From Adineta vaga (lineage: Eukaryota > Animalia > Rotifera), in assembly GCA_021613535.1 (NCBI GenBank), contig CP075497.1:4154001-4218000 (forward strand): a stretch of DNA of 64,000 nucleotides, read 5' to 3'. The notes under the pieces were generated by a model. It searched no databases, was not told the origin of the DNA, and saw nothing but the letters and a program-made list of their open reading frames with translations. A program made the position numbers and the translations under genes. Shown here piece after piece: positions 48,701-63,435 of this stretch. Positions within the stretch are counted from its first letter, which is position 1. Each line of letters starts with the position of its first letter.

Positions 48701-51700
48701 TTATCAATGACACGACGTTTCATTAAAGTGTATTTTCGTGTTACGAGTGTTAAACGTTTATCTAAATCATCGATTTTTGTTTCATCTATTGTTTCAATGT
48801 CTTGATCGTCGGCTGTATCTGCAGCTGGATCATTTATCATCGATGGTTCTTCATTTTTCGTCGATTCTATAAGAACAAAAGATTTCATTGTTGAAATGAA
48901 AAGGTTTCCATGAACATACCATCATCACTTTCATCTGGACTTTCATTATCTGAACTGTTCATATCCTTTTCTCGGATTAATGTTGCTAGTTTCTTCGTAT
49001 TATTACTATATGAACTATTCGATTTTTCAAATTTCAAACGACGTAAACGTTTCTCTAGTTCTAGTTTTTCATGTTTTAGAACAGTTAATTCATCAATATT
49101 ACGATCGACTTCTCTATAATTTGAAAAATAATATTTAATTTAATCAAATGATTCACTATGTAACTTACTCGACTATTTGTTTATTGACGGATAAATCATT
49201 ACATAAAAATGCTAAGATTTCAATCTTTTCATCGATCGTTAATGATTGAAATGATATATCTGACAGATTTTGGGTGATCTATTCAATTAAAAAAAAGATT
49301 TTTTTATTTAAAAACATAAACAATAGTCAATCATCTTTTCTTTACTTTATCATCAAATCCATTTCGTTCCCGAATATAAAGACGAAGAACTTCACTGAAT
49401 GTATGTTCCGTTATATCGATTTCTGATAGTTTTTGCCCAAGAATGGTTAAACTTTTTTTCGGATTTGGTATGCCCGGATCTTCCAAAGCAATATTAAGTA
49501 AAATTTGACAAAGAGAATTGATATCACGTGATAATAAAGATTGTTGAAAAGTATTTAAGGTTGGAATTAGATTCTCAGCTACAAGACGAAAAAAAACCGC
49601 ATATTTAATCTTAGAAATGAATGATAAACACATACGAATTTGAAGAATATGTTTGAAATTATTTAGAAATTGGATAATCATTAGAGAATTAGCGAAAGCT
49701 TCAATTGATAGACGCATAGTATCCACCGGTTTTAATATTGGAAGTGTCTAGAAGAACAAAACGTTTCCAAAAGATATATTCAATCAGATTGATCATACTT
49801 TAAGATTTCGTAATTGCATATCCTCAGCTATTCTTTTCATTTCTTTTGCTTGAACTATTTCGATGTATTTTTCTTGCTAGAAATACAAAAAATCATCGAG
49901 AGTAAGAACATGGAAGACAAAAGATAACTATATTTACAATTTTCTGTTCACGTTCAGCATTTTTTTCGGCTTTTCGTTGTTCAATTTGTAGTAGTTTTTC
50001 TTCTTGACGTTTCTTTAATTCTAATTGTTTTAAATAAGCTAATTCTTGACGTTTACGTTCTTGTTCCTAAAATATCCATAGATATTGTAAATCTTTTGAA
50101 TTTCATTTTTATCTTACCTGTTGTTCTTGTTGTAATCTTTGTTTATGTTCGAGTTCTTGTTGTTGAAGTAATTTTTGTTGTTCCATAAAAACTTTAAGAA
50201 AATCCGCATGTTGATAATGATTGTTTGTTAGATGTTCCGATATTTTCGAACTATCACCAGTTATATTCTGTAATAAACGCATTGTTTCACGTTTGCTTTT
50301 GATTTCTGTTGCTCGTTTGGCCATTTCTATTTCGAGATAAATGATAATAGATCATCTAATTAAAATAATCAATATTACCTTCTTGTTCTAAACGAAATTT
50401 ACGATTATCTTCGTGTTTCTGTTGATGATGATCATTCGTACCATTATTTTGACTTGGAGTTACTGATGGACTTGATACAGTAGATGTTCTTGTAGGTGTA
50501 TCACCTTCATAATCAAATTTAATCCGTCGAAATTTTGGATTTATTTCTAAAATACGATTTACAATTTCATCTTCAGTTGATTCATGAAAGATTGTCTAAA
50601 TAAATATAGAATTTCTTATTTAATCAATTCATTCAAATAGATTTTCATTTACTTTTCCATCAGGACCTTCTTTTGGTTCATGAAAATGTCCAATATGTAC
50701 TTTCGAACTGAATGTAAAATGTGAACGATCCAAATCTGTTATGTTCTTTTTCGATAGATACTAAAATACAAGAAGAAAAATTCAAAGCTAAATATTCTGA
50801 ATGAATTTACTCGATCAATTTCTTGAAATGAACGTAGTTTTCTTCCACATGGCGCATAATATGAAACATCACCACGTACACCAGTTCGTGTAATTGCTCG
50901 AACAATTGTAACACGTTTCCATCTACAATATGAAAGATATGAATCTCCATGTGAAGAAAAAAAGGTATAGATTAAACATACCCGCGACTTAATGGTATGC
51001 GAACAAGTGCTTCATTGACTTCGTCAGTTTTCTTTCGTTTTGGATTTGGATCTGAATCATCTAAATTATTCGTTCATAAATTGATTTCATTTCATGTCAA
51101 AAGAGTATTAGTTATTTACCATCATCATTTGATCGAGATTCATCTGCAGATTGATTTAATGGAGTATCATTATTACTACTTCGTCGACTTAAATTTGAGA
51201 AATTTTCACGTAAACCATTTCCATTATTATTTGATTCCGTCTAAAATACAAAAAATTGGTTTATTAGACTTCTAGAATAAAATCTTTCAATAACAGCAAT
51301 CACAAGCTATAGAATAGAGACGACAATGAAATCTCACATCATCAATTTTTGTATCTTTAATAGGTTTAAATGTCCATAAATCAGATTGTTGTTGATCAAA
51401 TAGAATTGGTTTAAATAAAGAATCAATTGATGTTAAGGAAGATGATCCAATAACATCAGATGATTTCATCTTTGATTAAAATGTACTCATAGTTTGACGT
51501 AAATAAAATCTACTATTCGACTTACTAAAGCGGATTGAAGAAGACTTGGATTTGTTGTGAGAGATTTTTTTGTTGAACTATTTGGAGAAGTTTTCTCTCG
51601 ATTCAATTCTTGTTCTTCCGTCAAAGTACGAATAGATTTTGCTCGTTTTTTTGACTAAAAAGTAAATTAAACGATTATTATCTATGACTTTAGTCAGAGA

Positions 51701-53001
51701 TTTCTTTTTTTTTCTTTCTTTCATACTTTCGATGATGAGGGTGATTCGTTAAGTAGAGAATTGAGTGTTGCTGATGAATGTTTATTCTCAGGTGTCATAT
51801 GTTTTTGTGATTGTTTGGATTTCGACTGATGAAGAAGAAAATGAAATGAAAATATTATTATTTGATAAAAATTTTATTTACTGTTTGCTGTGAAGTTGAC
51901 TCTTTTGAATCTGAAAAAAAGGAACGAAATAGTTTAGAGTAAGGAAAGAAAACGACGGATTTTATATTCATTTACCAAGTGAACCAGTTAATCCTTCCAT
52001 ATATTTTGATGATGACGATGATGCTGTAAGCCAATCAGGTGATAAAAATGGATAGAGACTATTTGCAGTTGGATTCATTAGTGACGATGATAAAGTTGAA
52101 AAAGGATATGATGTCGAAGAATTATTATTGTTTGTTCCTGTTGTTTGCGAAAGTAATGATGGAAGAAAATAAGGAAATGTTGTAAAACCACCACCACCAC
52201 TACCGGCAGCAGCAGCAGCAGCTGCTGCAGCAAATGCAAGTGGATCGAGTAGTGTTGGATCTGTAGTTGTAGGTGTTTTTGATGAGGATGTTGAACTGGA
52301 TGGTTTAGAATGTGTAGAGGATGATGATGACGATTTTTTAGGATTATGCGATGATGAAGAACGAGAAGATGTCGATTTAGATGTCGAATGAGAATGAGAT
52401 TCATCGATCGTTTTCGATGTGGATGTTTTATCATGAATAGTATCAGCTGATTTTGTGGATGAGGACGAAGTATTAGTAGTAGTCGGCGTTGTTCGTTTTG
52501 ATTTCGAAGATTTCGTACTTGGTGAACCTGAAAAGAATGTATTTATTTAATAATAATGATTTGAATTTCAAGAATTTATCTACTTTTTGATTTATCCTCT
52601 TGTATTTTCTGTGTTTGATCATTAAATGCATTCATAAGTAATCCTAATTGTTTAGCATATTCATTGTAGTCTATATTGGGATTAGATGTAGATAAACCAT
52701 TTGACCAAACATCAGCTGTAGGAGAATGTGTAGAATTGTTTGATAGTAAAGAAGATAACGGTGGAGCAGATGGAAAACTGTTCAATGATGGAAAATTTGA
52801 TGCAGGTAAACCAAACGATGGATATGCTCCAAATGAAGGCATCGATGGAAAACCCATAGGGAGGCCCCAAGGGAGATCTAGAAAATATTATTATATAAAA
52901 AAAAACTTATTCTTCTAATGAAAGCAAGAAACCATACTGTTTAAATTTGAAGCAAGGTCATCTTGTTGCTTTTTTGTCTTTGTTTCTTTGCTATTGCTCA
53001 T
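45788..53001 (-). CDS. BAZ2: BAZ2/toutatis chromatin regulator (MBD/TAM, DDT, WHIM/WSD, two PHDs, bromodomain)
   Basis: RIPLSRGWKR..GDVSYYAPCGRKLRS (TAM); LMIIQFLNNF (DDT); LGQDRYRRRYW; LERNIERRYLK; CEIC...LLLCDGCDHGTHTYC (PHD); a second PHD; SWPFQTPVD..YYECIKEPMDF..NCEYFNEDDSPV (bromodomain). First coding exon MSNSKETK at 53001. Confidence 0.92.
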
Positions 53002-56000
53002 GGTCGTTGTTATTGCTGATCAAAAAATGAACATGATGCACATATACAATACACACGACCACCGGGAATAAACGATGAATCTTTCTTCTTCTGCTTCTGT
53101 TGTTGCACACAGCATCATCATGTGAACATCACATCTAGAAATAAGAAGCATACATATTATTCTCTGTCTCTCTCTCTCTCTCATCGGTCAGTAATAGTGG
53201 CATGAGAAGAGTAGAGAGAAAAACGAATACACACACACAAGGTTATGCCCGCTTGCCGCCGTCGACGACGTTGAACATCTATTATTGACACTTTTCTCTT
53301 CTATAAGCATACATACCCTTACACTAGTTGTGAGCGTCTTAATTTGATTTTAGTGCCTGTGTGTGTTGATTTATTTCTAGCATCACTACACAGAATTTCT
53401 TTCTTAGTAGTATAATATGGTGAGATGACATCCGATGATATAGTATTTGATGAATTTGTTAGATCTTGTGTGTTTATATGTAAGAAAAGAAATAAGTCAA
53501 AAAAAAGAAAAACGTTTAGTTAGAAATAAGAGAAAAAGGCAGAGTTGAAGGAAAGAAACGTATGTAACAAATAAGAAGTAAGGATGAGTTATGACATGAG
53601 AAGAAGAAAAAAAGAAAGAATTAAAATAAGTACGTATGTATGAAGAGTGAAAATGTTTCTCGTTTTGCTTTTTTTTTGGCAATAAAGTAAAGGAAGAAAA
53701 CGAGCAACTTCAATGAAAGTGTGTGTGTGTGTGTGTGAAAAGAAGAGGGGAAAAATCGACTACGACCGCTGCAATTAACCGGAAACGGTATCTACCCTCC
53801 ATACATACGACAAAAGACAAGAACAAGTAAAATGCTCAATAGGAGTAGAAACGACGACAACGTCAAGAAAGACGATTCCTCTCTCTCTCTCTCACTCGTT
53901 CTAACTACAAAATAAAACTCGCATGCACGCTCGTCTCGTTCACTGCTTATGTTATTGTTGATGATAATGATCTCACATAGTATAGTATATGTGAGTGTGT
54001 GCGTTCGATGGCATTCGTCGTAGTAATAGAAATAGTGGCTTCTAATCGCAAGAGCAAGAAGAAGAAGAAGGATGGATGGATGTGAGAAGGCAGACAAACT
54101 ATCGAGCAAGAGAGAGAGAGAGAGTTGTTTCTATATTTTTTCATCTCTTTGTACTCGATGCTGACGTGTGCGGTGTACCCTTGTGTATACGTATGTATGT
54201 GCACGAATAAAGCAGACAAAACGGCAAGTAAGCAGTACATCATTGCATGTATGCATGTGTCTCGACTACTTTTACATTATTCATTACTTAGTTTCTTTTC
54301 TTGTTTTTTTTTCAAATATACATATATTTATAGAAATACATGTGGTGATTTCTCAAATACTAATAAAATACTCAATCGAATTGTTATTTGTTTTACTTTT
54401 ACTTTTACTTATTCGTAATACTTAACAGTCAATCACTTCACCAATGACATTATTACCAAGCATATCTAAATCACTAACAATAATAGTAATTTTCCGTATA
54501 CATACCATCGATGTTATGTCGATGTAGAATCGTACCATTGTACAGAAGAATAAGAGGAGAAAGAATGACAGCACAAATATACAAAGAAAAAGTGAATATA
54601 TAACTCTTTCTTCTCTCTTTCTCACACACACATACATACAAATATACACATTCTTTTTTTATGCCACGTTGTTGCTCTCATTTTTAGGCTTTCGCATTTA
54701 AACAAAACCGTTCGCAACTGCTGCTGCTTTATTGTAGTCTTTTTTTTCTACTCTTTTCTCATCGACATGCGTTTGCACACACACAAATATATATATACAT
54801 CATCGCCTACTCTGTTTCTCTTTTTAAGCAGATTTCTATCTTTTATAAAGAGACACATCACATCTTTCGTGTAGTAACACACAACAACAATCAAACAGAC
54901 TAAGAAAAAGAGAAAAGAAAGCGATGGCACACGCTACTGTAGTGAAGAGAGAGAGAGAGGGAGAGGGAGAGAAGGAGATGATGCTGTCGTCGATGTTGAT
55001 AATGATTTGCCAATCTGCATCAATCCTGAATCTAAAACGCTTTTTTTCTATCTTTTTCTTCTTCTTTCTTTTGTCTAAAAGAAATAACAGTCATTTTTTG
55101 TCTATGATCGGTGTAAGTGTCTACTGATTGACCGCTTGCTTGTTCAAGGCGGTCAATAGTAACATTCTCCTTCGTTTACAAATTCAATAATGGTCAACCA
55201 TCATTCTCATTTCTCGCTTTCACACATACTATGGTAAAAGATAACACATATACACACATACATGTACACTCGTCTTTTTTTCTTGAATTGGCTGTAGTCG
55301 TTGTCGTCGTCGTTGGGACAAGATGTGAAAACAATAACCTTTTGCGCGTGTTTGTATGTTAGTAGAGATATGCTGCGATCATATTATAGACGAGGACGTT
55401 GAAGTACACAATTCATTTCTCTACTTCATCCTACCGGTCCTATAACTATCACTCGCTTATATTGTATTTTTCTCTCTGCACGCATATATATATATATATA
55501 TCCATATATGCATACATATCTCTATATCTATATAGAAAATTACAAAACATGCTTAATGATGGTGATATATGAAACTGAATAACAATTGACAATGAAGTAT
55601 AGACTAGAACGATGTTAATATAGAAAGAAAGAGAAAGAAATTTGTTCGTTTGCTTACTTACTTACCGTCTTTGTTGACAGCTGATAATGTCAAAAACGAC
55701 ATGCACACAAGAATGTTCATAAAGAAAAACGACGAAGAAATAGAAAAGATAGAAATTGAATGCGTGTATGAAAAGATTGCGACAACGTCAAATACTCATT
55801 CACAATGTTCAGCAACCTACTAACCTAATTTGCATTCAGTGCGCACATTGGCAGGCAAGCAAGAAGCAATGTATGCGAGACGAACGACTAAAAAGCTGAA
55901 AAAAAAGAGAAGAAAGATATGTGATCTCTATCCTTTGCGATGACTTGTCGTCATCGTTAACGGTAGATGATGATGACTCTTAGAAACACACAAATATATT

Positions 56001-56253
56001 ATATATATTTATATATTTATATATATATATATAAAGAGAGAGAGAGAAAGCGGGAAAGGGAATACGCAAGCGACATTGCGCACACGCGCGCGCGAGAGAG
56101 TGTCAAATACATATATACATGGCGGAATCGTTAAGATAAGAAACCGGCATGCGAGGAGTAAAGCAAGTGATCGATTGAAAGCATAGTAATGAAAAGAAGA
56201 AAAATCGACGATGATATTTGTTATAACCAATCTGAAACAAAGAAAGCAAAATA

Positions 56254-56281
56254 CATCATCATCATCATCATCATCATCATC
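56254..56281. repeat. (CAT)n microsatellite in the repeat-rich BAZ2 upstream region
   Basis: About 9 CAT units; several (GA)n, (GT)n and (TA)n tracts also occur in 53100-56400. Confidence 0.85.
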
Positions 56282-58300
56282 TGCTTCGACTCGTAAAGAT
56301 TCTTTCTCTTTTTTTTCCTCGAAGGACAATAACAACTATGACAGATATTTATATGTATATGTATCTCTCCATCTATCTGTGCATATACATATACAAACAT
56401 CAAGTACTGAATAAAATAACATTAGAACTGATGTTGTTAGTTACGAGATGATAAAGTCTGAATTATCTTTGATTTGTTATCAAATTTATAGAATGCTTTC
56501 TTCGAATTTGTTCGAAAAAGAACTATCCGAATCATATTACGCCAATATCTAGTAGAGTCAAAGTCTTAGAATATTTAAGAAACGAATACATTGAGTACTT
56601 TTATGTAACATGAGAATATATATTTACTTACATTGAAAATTTATTAGAAGTTTATATGGAAAGAAGAAATGTTAGTATGATAGATTCTTATCTGAATATT
56701 ATTAATGCTAGATAGATCGATGTCAAATGTTAACAATAATAGAATTTCTATCGAGTGTTAAATTCCATTATGAATAGATTTTTTCTTATGTTCGTTCGTT
56801 GATTCATTCTTGAGAAATGATATACTATGTAAGAATCAGATACATTTTTATACAGATTAATCAATAAATCTAACAACAAATGAATGAATATCATTTAATT
56901 TAAACTATTCTGACAAAAAAGGAGATATCATTTGCTTGAAAGAATAGTTTTTATTTAGATTTTCATTTCTTTTCAGATATATTGAATGTTAAAAAGGAAC
57001 GTTAAATTTTAACTAATATGTTCTTACATAATTGTCAATTTATGAGGAACTTCGTGCTGTCATAGTTCATTTACAATATTTGGATGCATCGATTATCATT
57101 CAGATATCTGATAGATGTAGTAATTGTTTTTTAGTTAACGTACCATCACCATCATGATTTACATACTGAAAATTGGTATAGTTTACACGTTTAATTTAGA
57201 AATCATCCATCTATTCACCGATTGTGATAGGAGTCGATGAAAGTATTAGAATTTAATTCGAATGGTTTATATGTATGAGTATTTCAACACCGTGAAAAAC
57301 AAGAAACAGCTTGAAGGTTACCATTCTTATTCGATGAAATACTCGATGTCAGCGGAACTCTTTCCTTAAATGATTCATTCTAAGATTCATGATGGTCGAT
57401 ATAGAAATTGTTTGTAAAATCGAATTTAAAATACAAATTCCCATGTTGATTGACACGATATTTTCTTTAAATGAATGAATCTAATCATCATATGCATCAC
57501 GAATCGTTTCTCATATTCATTGTGAATCTATGGAGAGTACCATTCAGTATCTTCTTGCTTTTACTAGTGCTTTTAATGATTTTTACATATATATTCTTTC
57601 TATATCAAACAAATCATTTTTGGATACATTGCATCAAAAAGACGTATGATGATGATTAGGTATCGATAATTGAAATCAATGTATATAATAGCAAGAGTGT
57701 ATTCCTGAACAAAATAAAAGCCAAAATGATTCATTTTGTTAATGAAATGAATTTCTCATGCAATAGTAGTTCTATAGTAATTTTTTGTAAAAAGGAAATC
57801 TATTGCATCATCTTCCGTTATTTCCTTATAATCATGTGTATTGTTGCTGAAAATCTGTGACTAGCTTATAACTATTTATATTTTATACTAACAACAAAAA
57901 TCGTATACATTTACAACGTAGAAGAAAGACAACCAGGTTTGTTCGATTCGATTACTAATATCACTGATATTCCGTAAAAACAAGAATAGAAAAAGGAATC
58001 CATAAAATATTTTTCCTCCGAAATCATTTGTTCTTTATACAGACCAATACAATGCTAGTAAACAAAATGCCTCCATCGTAAAAATCTGTTTCATGTACTA
58101 AACGTATATTTTTATTTATACCACGTTTGCTTTACAAACTAGTCCATAGTATAATACAGACAGAAGACGAAGAAAAACATGTTTATTCAAAATTTTATTC
58201 GCATTTCTTTTTCTCGGATTTTCTATAACTGACTTCTTATTTATTTATCTTCTAGATTTTTAACCATCCGTCATCTCTTACTTCGTTTTACAAACCAAAC

Positions 58301-59979
58301 ATGGCATCAAACCAAGGCAAAGGCGTAAGTCTTGTGTGTTAATGTCATACGTTCTTAATTAAATTTATTCTAGACACTTTACACCTTTCCCGGTAACTTT
58401 CGTGCTTATAAAGCGCAAATTGCAGCTCAATACAGTGGAGCACAATTGACCATTGCCGGCGATGATAAATTCAAAATGAATGACACCAATCGATCAGGAG
58501 AATATCTTGAAAAATTTCCAACAGGCAAAGTATGTTTCAAAGTGACAGAAGAGACTATTATTGATCTCTTGTATATCTAGGTACCCGCCTTCGAGAATGA
58601 TGCTGGTGTTCATTTATTTGAATCTAATGCCATTGCTCATTTTCGTAAGTCTATCAAACAAATTCGTCGATTAGAAATTCATTGAATTGACTTAATGTAG
58701 TTTCAAATGAACAACTTCGTGGTAAAACACCTGTAGAACAAGCACAAATTCTTCAATGGATTGAATATGGTGAACGCGAAATTAATCCTGCATCAGCTAC
58801 ATTGGTCTATCCATGCATGGGAATAATGCAATTCAATAAACAAAATAATGAACGTGCAAAAGATGAATTAAACCATATTTTAACATTATTAAATAATTAT
58901 CTTCGTACACGAACATATCTTGTTGGTGAACGTATCACTTTAGCTGATATTACCGTTGCTTGTGATTTATTATTACTCTTTCAATGGGTAAATCATTACG
59001 ATATACTTGTAACTTTATAAGGATAATTTTCGTGTTTATTTAGATTGTTGAACCAAGTTTACGTGAATCTCATCCACATGTTACTCGTTGGTTCTTAACA
59101 TTGATTCATCAAAAGGAATTTCAAGCTGTTCTTGGTAGTGATTATAAATTATGCGAAAAAACAGCACAATTCGATGGTAATTTCGAGCGATTAATTTCTT
59201 TTTAAACTGTTTGTAATTATTTAGCTAAGAAATTCGCTGAAGTTTCTCGTCAAGCACAAACAGTACCAACACAAGGACGTGCTAAAAATGTTTCACAATC
59301 AACCGATGATGGTAAAGGTGATAAGAAGAAAGCTAAAGAAGAAAAACCAGCAAAAGAAGCAGCTAAACCAGCCAAAAAAGAAAAGCCAGCTGAAGCTAAT
59401 GATGAAGAAGAAGAAGATGATATTCATGGTGATGAACCAAAACAAAAAGATCCATTTGCTGAAATGCCAAAAACATCATTCAACATGGATGAATTCAAAC
59501 GTGTCTATTCCAATGAAGATACTGCTACAAAAGCTCTTCCATATTTCTGGAAAAATTTCGACAAAGAAAACTGTTCAATCTGGTTCTGCGAATATAAATA
59601 TCCTGAAGATTTATCACAAGTTTTCATGACTTGTAACTTAGTATCAGGATTTTTTCAACGTTTGGAAAAATTACGTAAAAATGCATTCAGTAGCATGTGC
59701 GTTTTTGGTGAAAACAATAACAATACAATTGCTGGTATTTGGGTTTGGCGTGGTCATGAACTCGCCTTCGAAGTAAAATTGAATTGAAAAATCTCTTCTC
59801 ATTATTATTTATTTTTTACATTTTAGCTTTCAACAGATTGGAAAGTTGATTATGAATCTTATACATGGAAAAAATTATCACCCGATGATGAATCAACGAA
59901 GAAATTAGTTGATCAATACTTTCTCTGGGAAGGTGAACACAATGGTAAAAAATTCAATCAAGGCAAAATCTTCAAATAA
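58301..59979 (+). CDS. EEF1G: Elongation factor 1-gamma
   Basis: [91 protein letters not shown]. Confidence 0.96.
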
Positions 59980-60815
59980 ACGAGAAATTATCAAGATCGT
60001 ATAAGAAAAGAAAGAATAGTTTGCAGACAAAACGTTTTGCTGTTTATTTTAACCATTCTGACACTCATGACGTGTGTTAGCTTCTATTATTTTTTTTTCC
60101 TTGTCTGCTTAAACGAAAATAAAAATAAAAGAAACATCCGAAAGAAAAAAAAACCTGAAATCAATTCTTATAATTCTACTATGGACTTCATATAATGATT
60201 GCCATTGGTAATAGTTCAAGATAGGCAATTTTATTTGGAATACATTTAAAAAAAAATGATGGTCATGGGGTGGTAACGGTGTGTTGTTTGAATTATGGGC
60301 TGATTCTTGATAAACCGCTACCTTCGGACCACCAATTCTATGTATACTAGATGTAGCTCTTAATCTGTTATTGGCTTGAGATTGTGCAATTACATCGAAT
60401 AACATATACATATACTAAGTCTATTGTACATAGTTGTGCCATTGAGAGATCGATTCTAATTCAGAGAACTAAAAGGATGTCCTTTTTCTTACAGCAGTTC
60501 CCTATGAACGATGACGATGACATCGATTCATCCAGATCGAAGATAATTTGATGTTATTAAAACTCTTGAACGTTGCAGATTTTGATAGGTTATTTAGGAG
60601 GCATGGTTACTAATATTTCTAACTATCTCCAATGATACCAGATAACTCTAAAGTCGATGATTTCTGACAATGCGTAAAACAAAAGATATTATATGCGTCA
60701 TTGAAAACACAACATTTTTATCGTTATCTATTCTTGTTTTTATACCTATATAAAATGAGAAATCTTCTCATATATAATATTGCAAACTTATATTGATTTA
60801 CATAAGAAAACAACG

Positions 60816-61342
60816 ATGACCGATGCTTATGCAACGAAAAATGAAATTTATCCTACATTACCATCAGTAGAACCGGACACTCGCGATCCACTTGGAATCA
60901 ATAAACATTTTCAAGTATGAATATCATATGCCATCAGATGAATACATAGATTTGTTACTCTTTTCTTTAGTTGGATTTCTGCAATGTCATTGCAGAACCT
61001 GATCGAAGTGCTTACAGTTTTGAGTTATTACATAAAGGAAGTAATAAAGTTTATTATTACACAAAAATATTCATCTATCGTCTCTTGACAATTATTCTTG
61101 GTTTACCTTTGATGTTAATGTGGGGTCTTATTCTTGGTACTTATACATTTCTTATGATTTGGATTGGAACACCAGCACGTCGATTAAATCAATCACTTAT
61201 TGCTGAATTTGGTATCTACATACAAACAGTAAGTGATGCTATTATTGCTCCAATCTCTCGTTCAATGGGACAGCTATGGTCAAATATTCATGCAACTATT
61301 TCGACCCGACAAATGGAAGCAGTAAATCAAATTCAAGTATAA
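60816..61342 (+). CDS. CAV: Caveolin-like protein, 2 exons
   Basis: RDPLGINKHFQ|LDFCNVIAEPDRSAYSFE is a variant of the FEDVIAEP signature, followed by the hydrophobic hairpin YRLLTIILGLPLMLMWGLILG...IWIGTP. Confidence 0.9.
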
Positions 61343-61600
61343 ATAATAACATATCAAACTGGTTCAAAACGGAAGTTCTAGTTTTCCTTTTTTTAAACAT
61401 TTACTCATATACTGTATTCAGACATTAACAAACCATCAATAAAATAACTAACTGTCTAGTTCGAATTCGAATTAGGTAGCGAGTTTAATTGCTTCACATA
61501 ATTTATCAGTTTTATCTTATAACATGAAAGTTTAAGTATAAATCATTTATATATAAAAACAACAATAACACTTCAAACTTTAATAATTTGTTCTTTTGTT

Positions 61601-63435
61601 TTAGAAAGGAAGTTCGAGTTTTTTATAAGCATTTGCTAACAAATTGTATTCAGATAATATCAAGCTATTAATAAAATCATTGTTTGTGAGAAATTTAATA
61701 TTTAATGAACGAATTAATAATTGAAGACGTGTTTTAAGAAATGTTCGAACATCATTATCTTTATCTAATGCATAATGATCAAAGAAATTATCCATGGTCA
61801 TGTTCTCTGCAAGTACTTTTGTTATCTCATCTAATAAGAAAAGAATCAAATAAGATGAATAGATCATATGAAATATAATTACCTGAATTCATGAGAAATA
61901 TTTTAATAAAAATAAAGATAGTTAGATTTAACAGTTCATTCTCAACGAATAAAAGAAATTTATCGGATCTAAAGAAAAAAAAAGAATTGTTCGACGAAAA
62001 AATCTTTCAATACTAGATATTTACGTTTCTAATCCATATCGTTGTAAAAGTTGACTTTTCTCATCGAAACCTTTATCCGTCTTTGGAAGAGCTTAAAAGA
62101 TGAAAACAACAAAATATTTTGTATTGGAAAACTGAAAAGATCTTTTCTTCTACCTAATCTTAATGAATATGTGTCATATGGATTGTTTTGATCAGGAACA
62201 AAACCATTGTGAATTAAATATTCTGCATTTGTTCGTTTTCCATAAAACATAAATATTTGTTCATCTTTTTCAATATCTTTCATTGTTTTACATTCAATTT
62301 GTTTAAGATTTTCATCATAATGAATACATTCTTGACCATTTTGATGATTAAGAAAATCCATAACTGGTATTAATCCTAGTCGAGGTTCACCTTGTTCATT
62401 CGAAACATTGTTTTGTCGTGTTGAAACAACACTTACTGCCCATCTATGTTCCATCAAAAAAATTACATCAATATCATCTACAGAGAATATTTACCTATAC
62501 GTATCAAAAGAAAAGTTTTCCGAGAGTTTAGAAAGTGATAATTGACCCTATGAAACATTTCAAGTTATAGAAGAAAGACAATTTCGTAAGGATTTTACTT
62601 TGAGAAGATTATGTAAATAACAATATTGTCTAGCAATTCGTTGTATATGCATCAGAACATCGCCTATCACAGATGAAATCAAGTTTTTTTACAATGAAAT
62701 CAAAAGGAATTATTCTTACAAAGTATAGCAGATGATTTTAGTCGATTGAGTTGATCAAGATCAAAATACAATGGTGTATTGAATTGATTTGGTAAAACAT
62801 CAATATACGGTTTCCATTTTGATTCTGAACGTTCATGAAGAAGAAACAATGCTAAAGCTACATTTGGCATTGAACGAAGCAATTGATCATTTGTAACTAA
62901 CGAGGCAAGTGACGAAGAACTTTTAATTGTATCCGTTGTAATAGTGAGTGAAAGTGGTACATTGAGAAAACATTCGTTAGTCTAAAGATATATCAAAACG
63001 TAGATAGAAAAGGATTAAAAACAATGTATTACGCAAAGTGGTTTTGTTGCTTTTAAACCAAAACCATAGTTTTCAAATGAACAAATTGTAAAGTTTGAAG
63101 TATCAATACCATTTGAATGTAACCATTTATTGAAATCGTACAATCGTTCTTCACGATTGGAAATCGGATTTGATTTTAAAAGTTCTTAATCCATAGAAAA
63201 AAGCTCGTATTGATAATCTTCTACATCATCTTACCTTTTTCAACATCAATTACTTTTTGTAATTTCTCATAGATCGGTTCGAATTGAGACCATTTTGTTA
63301 TTTCCTTTATCGATACACATTCTATAAGAATTATTAGATTTGAAAAACTAAAACATAGGTCGATCTACCTTGATAAAGTTGAGTAATAAAATCTTCACGA
63401 TTTTGTATCAATTGTCTCTTTTTTTTCTTATCCAT
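61601..63435 (-). CDS. SETD3: SETD3-like actin-histidine N-methyltransferase, multi-exon
   Basis: YGFGLKAT, MPNVALALFLLHE..WKPYIDVLP..FNTPLYF, IARQYCY, RWAVSVVSTRQN, LIPVMDFLNH, FYGKRTNAEYLIHNGF. Confidence 0.88.

Noticed and set aside
53497-57659. Many short F/L/Y/I-rich ORFs upstream of BAZ2
   Set aside because: They are translations of microsatellite and low-complexity non-coding DNA.
60109-60670. 100-aa minus-strand ORF and box C/D-like words (TGATA...CTGA) between EEF1G and caveolin
   Set aside because: No recognisable domain, no convincing terminal stem and no rRNA complementarity; it could be decayed sequence.
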